The position numbers were made by a program, and so were the translations under genes. This document shows positions 24,580 to 38,299 of a DNA stretch of 64,000 bases, in pieces. This DNA comes from Tubulanus polymorphus (lineage: Eukaryota > Animalia > Nemertea). Every line of letters begins with the position of its first letter. The stretch's first letter is position 1. The notes beneath the pieces were generated by a model that saw only the letters and a list, made by a program, of their open reading frames with translations, had not been told where the DNA came from and did no database searches. The stretch spans positions 17,074,560-17,138,559 of the forward strand of contig NC_134027.1 of assembly GCF_964204645.1 (NCBI RefSeq), given 5' to 3'.

Positions 24580-25944
24580 AGTAGTAAGTATTATGGATAT
24601 AACATCTCCTTTCTGTTGCCCATTTACAGATTCTCCATGTTATCTATATCCGCTTGCACATAATCCTCAAATTCTCCATCAGTTAACATGCAAATATTGC
24701 GAAGTACAAAACAACTACCGTAGTTCATCATCCGTTCAATGTCGCTCATATCAATATATTTCAAACGTCGGAATCTACCTTTTGAAATACCAAAAGTATG
24801 TTCAACCCTCATGCGTGTTGAGCTATGTTTGAAATTGAAATGTTTCTGTATTCTGGTTGAATTGTCAGTATCTTTGAAGGGGGTAATAGGAACACTGATC
24901 AGAGAATAGGCAGAATCACCAAGCAAGGAAATGACTGTTAAGAGGAAATATACTTCTTGGTTATCAGTACTTTCGATTGCATACCATAAGGGAGAATTTC
25001 GAAAAACACGGGAATCATGGGTTAATCCAGGCCAACCAGTATAAACGTTGATAAATTGATCGTCCCTATTACAAATAGCACATACGTTTATGGAATAACA
25101 CTTTTTTCGATTTATGTATGCTTCTGAACTCTTGACTGGTGCATGTGCGTGCCATCAACAGCGCCTAAAACTTTCGGAAATCCTTGAATTCCTTCAAAAT
25201 CGGCAAATATTTCTTTCGCACTTTCTTATGATGGCTACATAATTATCTTTGGCATGACATGTCTAACCACACAGGCAGATACCTTACCTAACAAAAAGAA
25301 CATACAACAGATGATTATTACTTTTAAAGTATAAATTATCCATCAAAATAGGTTTAAACGACTCACCAACAATTTTATGGACGGATGCTTCACACACGCC
25401 AAATATGTCAGCAATATGGATGAGCGTTGCCTGTGTTCCTGCATAATACATGAACACAAGTAGTTGTTTTTCCATGGTATATTTCGTCTACCACTTCCGA
25501 TAAGATACGGTCCCACATACTCCAAAACCCTATCAAATGTTTCACCACTCATTCTGAAACGTAGCCTAAAGTTCTCTGGCAGATATCTACTTACTGTAAC
25601 GTCACAGTTATTTGTAATCGGATTCACAGTTCTCCTCTTTGTGTTTAACGCTCTCTAAATCAGTAGAGACTAGACAAGTTGGAGTCGATGAAGAACACTT
25701 TAGAAGCGTATTTTGGTAACGCTTTGAACGAACGCCGCTATGAGTCGCAGAGCCACCAGATGAAGAAAATTATATCGACAAAACGCATGAAATGATTTTC
25801 TTCTTGGTACCATCGGCCATTTTGGAATAACCAACAGTAAACCGTCGCATTTGTTCTTACTACGGCAAACCGGTTTGTGACGTAATAAGCCGAAGTAACC
25901 GAAATAAACCGGTTTGTGCGATCCGGTTTCAAACAAATGCGCCT
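24580..25944 (-). mobile_element. PIF/Harbinger element with transposase pseudogene (HARBI1-like)
   Basis: FRLRFRMSGETF, EKQLLVFMYY, GFPKVLGAVDGTH, YINRK, YTGWPGLTHDSRVFRNS, LGDSAY and TRMRVEHTFGISKGRFRRL. Frameshifted, probably one short intron; possible terminus at 25944. Confidence 0.88.
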
Positions 25945-26349
25945 CTGTTGTCACCTGCCCAAACTGCCAACAAACACAACTCAACGATATCAGTGTCAGA
26001 GTCGCCTACTCATTTAATTATTCTAGAGCGCATATCTTTGTGAGGATATACAATAAGAGATGACGGGCTGTAGTTTCGATTATGAATACACTTTTATTAT
26101 TCTCTGAAGATTAAAGAACGGCGTCACACGATCAATCATAGTCTATGAGTTTATCTGATGATTTATGGGATTCGGAACCATGGGAAATAATTGGGCAAGC
26201 ATTGGGATCGCATGAAGTGAGGACATCGTATGTTAACTGAAACGACGAGTAGCCGGAATAAAAAGCAGGTGGTTGTGATTGATACGATATAGTCAGATCC
26301 TATAAGTGCATAGTTGGTGGGCGAAATTGTACGAAATATCATTTCTTAC

Positions 26350-26594
26350 CTGCACAACATTGGAATTTGATTTGAGATCCAACGGTCTAAGTACAAAAAA
26401 ACTACGTTCTCTTGTTTGATTTATAGCTTTGTCAGTACTGTCAATATGAGCCTTCATCATGTAACGTACCCTTGCCATACATGGGCGCAGAACTTCAAAC
26501 GATGTTGGAATGTCCTTTGGTAAGGTGTATTCAAACTTATAACAGTGAAGGCCTGGTTTCAAAATCATGCCTGAATTGCTTTTTGAATCTGCTA
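26350..26594 (-). CDS. Internal exon of an alpha-arrestin (ARRDC-like) gene
   Basis: LKPGLHCYKFEYTLPKDIPTSFE...VRYMMKAHID...FFVLRPLDL is an arrestin N-domain signature. Acceptor TTTTTCAG, donor CAG|GTAAGA, open frame. Confidence 0.82.
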
Positions 26595-28209
26595 CTGAAA
26601 AATGCATTGAGATCGTTATAGTATCAGGTGCATCACAAAGCAATTACTATAATGGTCGATAACAAATCAGTGGCACTCAATAATATCGGTTTATTGGACT
26701 TACCCTGCCCAAATAATGTTAGACAGTCGTGAAGGCACCGTTGATATTCGAAACAACCTCTACTGGAATTACCATGCATGTCTCGCCAGGAAGTGTCTGC
26801 AAGTCCATGCAACCAAAGTCTTAAAGCTAAAATATACGCACAAGGCTTGAATTCAATATTCTATCCAAGCATATATACCATGGTTATGAAAGCCTAACCG
26901 ACACCTAAAATTTGAAACAACATTGCAAACTACGGAGCCCCGGAGGGGACATGGTGAGAAATGAATTTTTATTTTCAGATAGCCAGTGGCGACATCATTA
27001 TTAATTTTCATAGGTGAATTTTCAATACATAATTGATAGAATCAGAATATATGGAGCAAGAAATTACGAACGTTAGTGAAAGATATCTAAACAGTTGAAC
27101 CAAACTGACTCATCAAACGCGGGTGTGTTTAATAATGGAACCAGGATAATGGAGCACTTGTGGAAATGTCTTTTATAGACTATACGATGTACATCCGTTC
27201 AATATCACCCACTCACTTCAAATGAGATAAGTTTGACAAAAATTGTATTTTCAGATAGATTCTGCTTTTTTACCGTTAAAATTCATATTCTAACATCTAC
27301 ATTTTACACCAGGGGCCGCGCGTCCCATGTCATGGTCAGGCCTTTTTAAGCCGACATTGTGATGATAACACACTGAAGGGCTAAATCTGTTTTTAATTTG
27401 ATGATTTTTTTTCGGAATTCTGGGATTCGGATCCGTACTCCAACTAATTAAAAAGTGGGCTTTCAGTATAATGCCGGTCCATGATAAGTCGGTATGGTCA
27501 ATTACTTTTATCTACAATCTAATATAATTAAATTACAATAACTATCTATATAATCGTTTATATTTATCTAATAAAAACATATTCTGTAATGGCTATTGTC
27601 TTTGATATTTAGAAGATTTAGCTGATCGGTAATCGGATGCGGTCGCGTCCTGTAGGGCCGCGGCTGCGTTTCATGGTCCACCCCGCCATCAATTCACTTA
27701 AACTAGTGGTCGTGTTGTATTGATCAGTCGATGAGTTGTTGAGGTTACTCATTTCGTTCGAACGAAAAATCAAAATCGTTGCACACTGTCTGGTAGTTTG
27801 ACGAAAGACCTTTTGTTAAGAAACACGATAACAGCTCCCCCATTATCTATCATAGCAGGACATCGAGGAACCAACTACATAGTACCAGATCACGGCAAAA
27901 CCATACAGCATTATCTACTTTCCCATTTTGCTGTTTCTGTATTTTATTACGTCATTATCGCCCCAATGTTCTGAAAGGCTAATTGTTTTACATCAACGTA
28001 GGGAATAGGGTTTATACTATATTTCCTTCCATTGAATAATGTTGTTTTATCCAAGCTACGACTAATCGTAATCGATATTCCGGCAGAAGTTTTAACCGCG
28101 TATAGCTTCGTTTACATAATCACTGCAACGCTCAAATTATCTGTAACCTACTTGTTTCAATCTTAAATGGCCATAGATTTAATGGCGCTCTGTACATTCA
28201 ATTCAAATT

Positions 28210-31200
28210 CACGACCGTAGGCGTAATAGAAAAACGAATTCACCTTGACCTTAAACCGCGCACCTGCAAGCACCTATCCGCGCACCTGTGGAGCACCTGT
28301 TGAGGGCAAGTCGTTTACGTTAGCGTTATCGTAAAATCGTGTTTTTTGCAATATACCCGCCTAAGTTGATTTATTTGTCTCTCAATTAATAAATTAGCCG
28401 TATATTTTCCATCGAAATGATAAAATAATTGAAATACAATATGTTTGTATAAGGAAATAAACAACACGACACTGCGTCGTCAACCGGTCGCGGGTAGAAA
28501 AACATCGCAGTCAGCTGATTAGAATTGTGTGAATTTCGCGAAGTTCTTAGCGCAGTATTAGCTTTCAACATGGTTTCACTAAGTAATTCACGTCATATAT
28601 TCTATAAGAGAATATGAATAACTAGCGATGGCCAACGATGAGAGGTAAGTTTCGATATTTAGGCTTCAAAAGATAAAAATTCCATGTGAAATAGTACGTG
28701 CGTCGTCAATTCAAATCAATCAATTTGACCTCAAATTAAAGTATCAATCGACAGCCACCTCAAACCGCATCATTAGTTGGCCAAGGGGTCTAGGCTGTGG
28801 TTTGGGTTGTCTGTGGTAGTCTATTATGACTTCAAAAAAGATAAGAATAAGAAACAATAAAAAGAGTTGATAGGCCTAAACATTAGTTTCCTGACTGGAG
28901 AGTTTCTGGGGTAGTTCCACAAGACTAATAATGATTTTATTTATATCCTTTCATTTCAGTTGATTGATGATCCTTACTTCATTGAATTATAGAGCAAAAG
29001 TCCGTTGACGACTAGCAAATTTGGATGATAAGACTGTCAATAACTGTGTTTAGCATCAACGTTACAAGTAAGTGCCGTCTAGAATGCTGGGCTGTTGGCC
29101 TATCGTTGTAAGATTCTGGGGTTCATAGTCCTCTTTCTAGTTAGGTCTTTCTGGTGAATATGATAGGCTGGAAAGGGGTGATGATCCATGATTTCATTAT
29201 AATCAGGGACGGATCGTAATACCTGCCACCTATACTTATTAAAATGCTGATTCGAAATGAATGATTTGGAGCATAGTGCATAATTTGAGAAAAGAATTTA
29301 AAGCTTTATTATCACGACATTGACCGTATTTCCATACAGTTGTGTCTGTTCACTTCCGTACACTATTCACGTTTCAGGATCTTACATAGCTACCTGCTGA
29401 TCAGTAATGTCGACTCAATCAATTAGAGATTTATAGAAAAGCTTACCACATATTTCAAGGTAATTTGAAAAATATTTACACAATTGCTATCGAATTTTAA
29501 CATGTATAGAGTTACAGGTGATTTACTCAGATAATTCAAGTTACATCAAAATCATTCGGCAATTTTCTGACACGATTTACATTTCTTTACAGATTTTCCA
29601 TCGGCTAGACACTTCTTATAGAAACCGCCGCAACTGCATTTACGTGGAACAGACGCCGGTTGCTCTAATGTTTTCGTCGCATACAAGGCCTGGTTTTGGA
29701 AGAGAAGTTTGGAGCGTAAAACATTGTCGCGTATGCTGCAAAATGTCCGATTATCTCGATTGACACTAGCGTGTTTGCTTTCAAGAGCTTGCTCGCTGAA
29801 CAAGCCAAGTGTTCCCCACATATTTACAAATTCGGGAACATGGTATACTAGAATATGGATTTTCGGAGTGATATTTACATTGGGAAATTTAGACGTAAAA
29901 AAGCGGCCAAAATCGTGGCATTGTGTTGTCATATTGGATATCTCGTCTTTAGAAAGAAACCGAGATGCGCTGTATAATCGATATAGCGAACGTAGTCGTT
30001 CGAACAACTCTTGGAACAAGGAACTAATCGATTCGTCGGGAATCACTTTGCATAATTTTTCCGCGTTGTTTAGCAACTTGTGAATATGATTCCCTACAAA
30101 ACTATTGCTATGATACGCTTGACGATCAACGCCGATTTCTATCAGGACTTGATTTAATGTCTTACATAAAGGTCCCATTTGGGCCTGAACTTTACTGTAC
30201 ACAGCATTTAACTCACTTGATTTCTTTTGGAATTCCTTTTTTAACTCAACTTGTCTGGATTTAAGGTTGGCCAGATTTTCAGTGATGCATCTGATGATTT
30301 TGTTGGCCGACAATTGTTTTCCTGTAAGGCATAGTTCACACTGAAAATCTGGACAATCTTCGATACACTGCTCATGGTACGGAGCGTCACATTTGATACA
30401 ATATATATACCGATTCGGATTTGGATTCTCAATTGTCCTTATTAGACAAATTTTCGATGTACACGAAACAACACATCGACCACGTCTATTAGCAGTAGTG
30501 AGTTTCTGTAAGTATTTGCATTTCGTATCAATACGACTTGAAAGATCATTTAGTTCCTCTTGGACTTCCGATGTTTTTGTTGAAATTTCTTGCCAGGTTC
30601 TGTAAAGTGTTTCATCACGTTCCCCCAAAGATTCGTTGTCAAATTCTTGACATTTTTTTTCTAACATGTTGAAAAATAGTAAGCCAAGTCCCAGGGAGAT
30701 ATGAAGTCCAGGAGGAACTAAATGATCGATATCCTGTAGGTGAAACATCTGAGCTTTCACTACACTTAAATTATTAGCACCTGGATTTGCTACATTCTGT
30801 TTATAGAGGGCAACTGATCGAGATTCAAATTTCACCGATTGTGGACAATGTGGTGAGCCGTGGTGCTTTCTTAGGTCATCCAGCTTCACTTGACACCACA
30901 AACAAGGAAATTTGGCCGTTGAACCCTGGTGACCCATACATGTGCACAAAAAGGCAAGGTCACCAAATAGAAAAAAACGGATCGCGACGGCTACATATTT
31001 TCCATCACTATTTACAATATCTACACTAGAGATAGTCTTCATCTCATCAAATATTGGTGAGAAAACCTGCTCCATATTCTCATATGAATCTACAGCTTCA
31101 AAATACGCGATCATCTCTGTAAAGTCTGTACTATTGCACAATTTACAGTTGATAATTGAAAATACAAGTTTCGTACTACCTCCCCCCTTGTCCGCCCCAA

Positions 31201-34113
31201 TCTTAATCCATATTTCACCATGAACCTCTGCAGGAAACAACAGTTGACCTTTTTCAGACAAACGTTTAATTTTTACAAGTAACTGAACACGGAAACTATT
31301 CACTTTAGCGTACGCAGTTGTTTTTCTCTCCGAGGTTCTCGAATTTACAATCATTTCGGCTTGACCTACATCAAGATTGTTTTTTAAAGCTTCAGATCGA
31401 CTGTTAATTTCCTCGCGCAGTTTGTCAGCTGATGGCAAAATATTGATATTGTACAGTCGTAAAAGTTTTCCTAGTTCCAAAGACTGGGTCATTGTCAGTC
31501 GAAGATGCATTTTGATTTCAAGGTACTCTTGAGCAGTGAGCATCCGCGCTGGTTTCATATCGGGAATATGGGAAATAACCTTTTCTTTAATGGATGTGTC
31601 TTTTCTTAATAAGTACGATATTGTTTTGGCAGCATTTTCAATTGATTGGTCTTTATCTTTGGAGATGAATTGGATTATAAGTTTCAACAGGGATGCTCGC
31701 TTCTCAAGAGTTTTTTCACCAGCATCTAAGGATTGTATCTTCGGCTCATCTAATTTGATGAAATAGTTGTAGTTGTCTCGGGATTTCGATTTATATGTAT
31801 TTCGAGCTCTGAAAATTGTTTTGTCTTCGTCTCCATCACAGATGATCAGCGTATTTTTGTTCTGTTGGATACATTTGATAGTTTGAAGTTCCTGCTCCAG
31901 CTGACGCACTTTTTCCTTTAAATCTACATTTTCTTGGGAAATGGATGGCGGCGCTGGCTGTTTTTTAGGAGTTGAACTAGACTGATACGATATCTCATAA
32001 GATGACTCTGGTTCTGCAATATCTGAGTCAACGGGATTGATAGTAGTTGATGCTGATGATATTGCACTTAGCTCGAGGGATTCGCTGGTACTCTCATCTG
32101 ATTTAGCGCTGTTACGACTACCGATACACGATCCTATCAACAAATCAGGTTATAAAGCGAGCATTACTTAAATGTTTGTATATTTAATTTTGTTCCAAAA
32201 TTTCAATGTTTGATATTTATTGATTTTTGCACTTATCTTGGATGTTATGAATGATTAAACGTTGTACTGTTTGTCAAATTATTAAGACAGTATTATTTTT
32301 TTTATTTCTTAATTGGGTGTTTATTAGTAATAACCTTTAATCTAAACTTAACAAAAATGAAAGAATGAGGCAATAATGTACTTACAGTCTTTGCGTTGCT
32401 CCGTTGTATATAGTGAAATGTTGTAAATTTTTAGGGCAAAATAAATATTATCATACATGTATACACTATCTATGGCTTGGTTATTCTGATTTTGTATTTT
32501 CACTCCAGGCTAGTCTTTGGTCCTCTTGGATTGGTGAAACAGTAGATCCTGCTTACTGGGGGCATTTGTCCTATGAAATTGTTCCAGTTTGTGTTCAGCA
32601 AATCATGATCGAATGAATCAATACATGCCGCAGTAAATTTTGGTCCCGTCAAAAAATTGAGTAGGTAACCCGATTTCCTGGATGTGAATGCCGACACGTT
32701 CGTTGTACAGTCAAATTTGCACCAATCGGATAGTATATCCCTAATTATTCCGACTGAACCAGGTTTACACACATATTTTGGCCTAATTCTGGAATAAACT
32801 CATCCGGGTTGAGCAAGCTTTTGACTATCAAACGATGACGAAAGAAAAACAAACTAACAAGAAAAAGAATGCAGAAGAGTTACAATTTAAATGATAATTA
32901 TACTCCACTTTATTCCACAAAAAAAGAAACATTTTCATACAAAATATGGTCTCGAACAATGAAACAGCATCAAGATCAGAGGTTAACACTGGGATACGGA
33001 AATTGAAATCTCTTTCTGAACAAGTCTTAATGTATTTCTGCAGCGAAAACCTCTTTACTCTTTAACAAAGTATCTGCAATTACATGACATACCTCGGGAA
33101 TGGAATGAAATTGGGTCCTTGGCTATATTGCTGTAGCCAAATGGTTGCAACTGAAGGTTCAGGTCGGTAAGGTCATGTAACCGCAGACTTATTTTGTGAA
33201 TTAACAATAGTTATCATACATTTTATGGGCCAAAAGTTGTAATTCATGCAGTCTGTATAGGGCCTAGCCGCCTATTACTCACTCATGCTCTTCATTTTAT
33301 CAGCAAACTTTTTCTTTTTCCTGCCGTGGCCAAAGTTGAAACCTTTTTTCCGCTTATTATTTGATTCTTCCATCTAAAAATCAAAGAAAACCGTTTGAAT
33401 TTCAGCCTTTTCTTATACAAAGAGAAATGAAAAGGCAATAAAAAATGATTGAATTTATTTTTCTTAAATTTACCTTCATCTCATCAAAATCGACGGGCAT
33501 CTCATCAAAATCGACAGGCATTGTCAACAGATCAATGTCATAGAATCATCAGCTGAAAAATAATAGTCATTGACAAGCTTATATTCACTTGATATACAGA
33601 AAAGAACATATCAATTACGATAGGCCACGAGCGCTGAAATTTTTTTTCAGAATTGCAAATTTTTGAACTCTAAATTCGTCCTGCCTTCACTATTGAAGCA
33701 AAAATACCTCATAAATTGGGTATCACTGGACAGCTTATCCAATTTTTCAGAGAACTAAAGTCTTAGATTTTGAATAAAAGGCACATTAGGGTCAAAAATA
33801 CGTACTTTGAAGAGCAAAAATCGGACAAAATTGATCTGTTGACTTCCGGGTTCTTTGAGCGCGCCGTACTCGGATTTGGTGGAAGTTACGCGAAATCGGC
33901 TCTTTAGTTCCCTAGATTTGAATGTTGTCTACAAGTTGAGACACGTTCGGTTCGAATCCCATAATTAATAGCTGAGCTACCGAAGTTTTCCGGACGCAGC
34001 TCCGGCCATATCTTTAAGCATTAGCGAGACGGCCCGGCCAATCAGCGCACGCCATCGATTTTAAGATATCGATTGTTCCAATTTCTAAAATTCGTATCTC
34101 GCCTACGGTCGTG
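28210..34113 (-). mobile_element. Apparently complete Chapaev-type DNA transposon
   Basis: Perfect 14-bp TIR CACGACCGTAGGCG (28210-28223 and 34100-34113), 4-bp TSD AATT on both sides, and a long transposase ORF inside. Confidence 0.88.
29552..32133 (-). CDS. Chapaev transposase main exon (RAG1/Transib-related DDE) with inserted PHD-type finger
   Basis: Uninterrupted ~860 codons: WIKIGADKGGGS (D), FLFGDLAFL (D), FPCLWC, PPGLHISLG, ITPKIHILVYHVPEF and GLFSEQALESKH (E). Acceptor at 32134; a phase-compatible basic upstream exon ending at 33283 is possible. Confidence 0.88.
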
Positions 34114-34785
34114 AATTCAATTCAATTTATCTTGATTCCAAATAAGGTTATAATGTATTACATGATGGAAAATGATAAAATGTATAAACGGCGATGGGTG
34201 ATAGCAATGACCATTTAAATACATCAAATATGCGTTAATGATTTCAACCAACGTCGATTCTTCAATAATTGCGCTTAGAAATTTAGAAATATTTACAACA
34301 TATTTATTATCATTCATTAAATCAATAAATTTCAATATATTTGGACGTTGCCAATAGTGCTTTGGAATGAATTTTTTTCTTAATTCAGTATACAGCGGAT
34401 ATTCAATTAATACATGATATTCATCGCCGATTCTGTTACAAAATGGGCAATTCAATTGAGCCCTGTCCTCTCCAGAAAAGCGTAGTCTAGACACTGGAAC
34501 AATGTTTGAAATCTCGCCAAACGAATTCTACTTCCAGCAGAAAGATCCAATAAATAGGTTTCAAGCGCAAAATTCCTTTTAAAAATCTGTTATTTTTCAC
34601 TGTAATCATGTTTGGATACATCTGCCAAGACTGTTTGTTTAAACTGATCATTCAGTATCGGTTTAACACATTTTTTTAAATATTCATAGTTATAAGCAAT
34701 ATTCTCATGTTGGGAAAAGTATAGTTAAGACCTAGTTTAGAAAACCAGGAGTCAATAGTTGACAGCCATTGAAAACGATAATCAC
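34114..34785 (-). mobile_element. LINE 3' fragment (RTE-X/L2-like) with (TTGAA)n tail
   Basis: C-terminal knuckle CPFCNRIGDEYHVLIEYPLYTELRKKFIP. The ATTCA-repeat tail continues on the far side of the Chapaev element (28196-28209). Confidence 0.7.
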
Positions 34786-36101
34786 CGTGCGGTTCCTGAA
34801 CTTCGCTGAAAAAGCTGAAACACTGCTACGCTGAAAAGAAAACGCTGAAATTTCAGGGTTTTCCCGAAAAACGCTGAAATCGTGCTAGGAACCGACAATA
34901 CACGTTTTGAAATATTTTCCGGGCCGGGGCCGCTGCCTTTGCCTTACTCTCTACCTAATTTTTGGTTAAAGAGGCGCATCAACAGTATGTGTGGAGTATT
35001 AAAACCGAAATCCTATCACAACCGTTCAAGCCAACTTTAAACACGATGCTGAATATTCCAAGAATGTGGTTCTACAAGAAGAACAAATCTTATTTGAACA
35101 TTTCAAATGTATATAAAATATGATTATGATAGCCTCTTTTCTTTTTTCAACAAGCCACTTATGACTGGGTGACTGTGGTATTCTCTGTTGGAGACTGGGG
35201 ATAAGTTGAATTTGATGGCCTGTTATAATGATGATGCGGCTTTTGGACAAAAAAACCTTACTTAATTTATTTTTAATTCATCGTGCGCATGGAATGGATT
35301 TACAATTGGTATAATTAATTTGCTGTGGTGAAATAATTATAATATTATTTTGAAGAAATGAGATACCATCTGTTAGAAAAATGTATCAATTCCTATTTTT
35401 AGACTATAAATAAATTTTAAATCTATAAAAGGAGGAATCACAGACTAAGTTGATTTGCTTAGATGGACATACAGATACTAAGAAAAGACTTCTTGTAGCA
35501 GTAATTACATTTGAATGAGCAAGCGTGTCTTCCTTTCTAAGCGCCACCTGTCCGATCGGATGGCAGAAACTCTCGTGAAATATCGCGCCCCAGGCAAGCA
35601 TCGCGCCTAAACATACTGATCGTAAACATGCAATTGTTTATCGGCACTTTGTAGCGGATAAATTATGAACATGTACAAAAAAATATGTATGATAATTGGA
35701 ATTTTTTGCCAATGTTGCGTCAATCTCGCGAGATTTTCAAAAACACGGAAGTAACATGTGGTAAATCGTGACTACCAACCTACCTAACAGCCCTCATTAT
35801 TGTTCCAAACCAAACGTTCTGCGCTGACTTCAAATGGGTGATAATGGCCATAATTTTAACTTAAGTTGTATATCATTATTATCTTCAATTGTGATTGCTA
35901 TATTGTCTTTGAAAACTTTGTAACATCGCCATATCACAATGTCTAGTTATATTGTGCCTTGAAACCCTAAAAGAAATAATTGAAATTCATGTACAATTTT
36001 TAACATTGAAAATTCCAGGTAGCCATGTTTGTTTCTGCTGCTTCGCGTAAATCCCGCGCGGTGGCACAACCACGCGGAGTTTGGGCCAATACGTGTAGCG
36101 G

Positions 36102-38220
36102 CTGATATGAAAACATAATTATACATTTACTCTAATATTTATGTGTAAAAAATAGAAAAATAGTAAAATAATCCAACTATTTAATAAAAAAAGTGTTAAT
36201 GAAATATTAATAAATTGAAAGATAAAAATTGTCAGTAAAATATTAAAGTAATCAAAATTTCTAATAAAAAAGTGTTAATAAAATATTTTGAAATATAAAA
36301 AGAGTAAAGTGTGAGTAAATAATTTAGATTTTTAACATAAAATTAAGAAAAATTAAGAATAATTTAGATTTTTAACATATCACATGGAAAATCGTCAAGT
36401 TTTTAACTGAAAAAGTAAAATTATTTACATTTTTAACATAAAATATAGAAAAATAGTAATATTTTTAATTAAAACAGTTAAATTATTTAGATTTCCAACA
36501 AAAAATATAGAAAAATATTAATATTTCTAATTAAAAAGGTAAAATGATTTAGATTTCTAACATAGAATATAGTTATTATAAAATATGTAAGTTGTTTACT
36601 AAAAGTAACAAGTAATTTAGATTTTAACATTAAATATGGTAAAATAGTAAAATAATTTAGATTTTAAAATATTAATAATCTAGAAAATTCAATTTAATAA
36701 AAGATTGGTTATATAAATGAAGGAAGAAACCGAATTCAAAATTGAAATAAAAGAAACAAATAACTTATTTCTCTATTTAACATTAAAAATTGTATCTCAG
36801 TAGATAATCTATTGTATATTATTAAATGATATTAGATTACTGAACTAAAAGATACTTTCGATATGGTGTTAAAAATCCTAAAATATTTAATAAAGTTTTA
36901 GATTAGAAACGTAATTTGGATGAAAACATAATAAATATTTTTAAAATTCCTTTAATGATAGAAAAAGTGAAATAATACTTTCAAAAGGTAATGATTTGAT
37001 AAACTTAGGAATTTAAAAACGACGATTAAACTATTTTAATTTTGATAATAAACAAATTAATATAATGAAAATAAATCAAATATTGGAATGCAATGAAGAA
37101 AATGCAATCTAGAAAATAAATCTTTCAAAAATACTGGAATTCAATGTGATTTAAATAATGAATTAAAAAGATTTGATCCTTATGAAAAAATGTATTGTTA
37201 TTGTGGAGGTTGATATTTAAAATCACATAAATCAAAACATTATCAAACAATTATGAAAATATTTCTATTAGGTCGATTATTATTATTATTATTGTTATTA
37301 TTATTATTATATATTACTGTTTCAATAATAATAATATTATTATTTAATCTGAATATCTAAATTCATAGAATCAATATTTTTAATTATTTTATTTTCAAGC
37401 TACTTTATATTCCTTATTTTCTAAAACAACTTAAACGGCTGAGCAGATAAAGACACAGGGGGTATTATTTACAAGTATATAAATAGTTTTTCGCATTTAT
37501 TACTATTTCAATATTATGAAGTTATGTTGATATTCTTCAATAATGATTAATTTGTAATGTATTCATTTCATTATTTCATTTAGTTCACTAATATATTTAT
37601 GATTTGTTAAAGCTTTTTTCATTTTTATACTTTTTATTGCATATTTCACATTGAATATTATTAATTCTGTCTGATAGGTAATTTAAATTTTTTCAATTCT
37701 ATGTATTCAATTTTACAAGTATCAAAAAATTCTAACAATTGTCTTAATGAGTAAATTGAAACAGATAAAATCATGATAATTAATTTAATTTTCTCTTGAT
37801 TTCTATATTTCTATATAACTTTAAATTTGATAAATTACTGATTTTTATGAATGAAAATCAAATATACTGTGATTGAATTTGATTTAAATGATACTATACA
37901 ATTATTAATATTAATATTTGCATTTGAAATTACAGTTGAATTCGTTTCAAGTCAAGATTTTATACCTTTAAAACCTCTTTTATATCATTAACTTTAATAT
38001 TATCATTCAAATGATTGTTTTCCATTCAATTTTTTCAATTTCTTAGTTAATTTCATATTTTGATTTAGTATAGCTGTTGAAATATTTTCATAATAAAATT
38101 CAAATGCAGCAAATATTAAACCTCCAGTAAACCAAATAATGTTTTAAATCACTAATACCTGTTGGAATAAAATTATTCATTTATTTATGAAAAAATTAAA
38201 AAATTAATAAATATTAAAAA
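36102..38220. mobile_element. Older decayed Polinton derivative with ORF-A (+) and ORF-B/C (-) remnants
   Basis: MKEETEFKIEIKETN...CYCGG..LKSHKSKHYQTI at about 36717-37255. Inverted ORF-B/C homologs at 37600-38180. Remnant of the inner hairpin arm at 36102-36131. Confidence 0.75.
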
Positions 38221-38299
38221 CATATCAATAGATGAGAAGCTTTCTTGCACAAACTGTCATTTTTCATTCATGATTAGATGCACGAAGAACATCATACCT

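Noticed and set aside
29518-31766. Several + strand ORFs overlapping the transposase
   Set aside because: Antisense shadows of the long minus-strand ORF, with no motifs.
32500-32772. Separate gene or exon inside the Chapaev element
   Set aside because: No recognisable motif, and I could not splice it in frame to the main exon.
28210-34113. ProtoRAG/RAG1L-RAG2L transposon
   Set aside because: TSD is 4 bp, the TIR has no heptamer/nonamer-like bipartite match beyond CAC, and no RAG2-like ORF is visible. The GADKGGGS motif fits Chapaev better.
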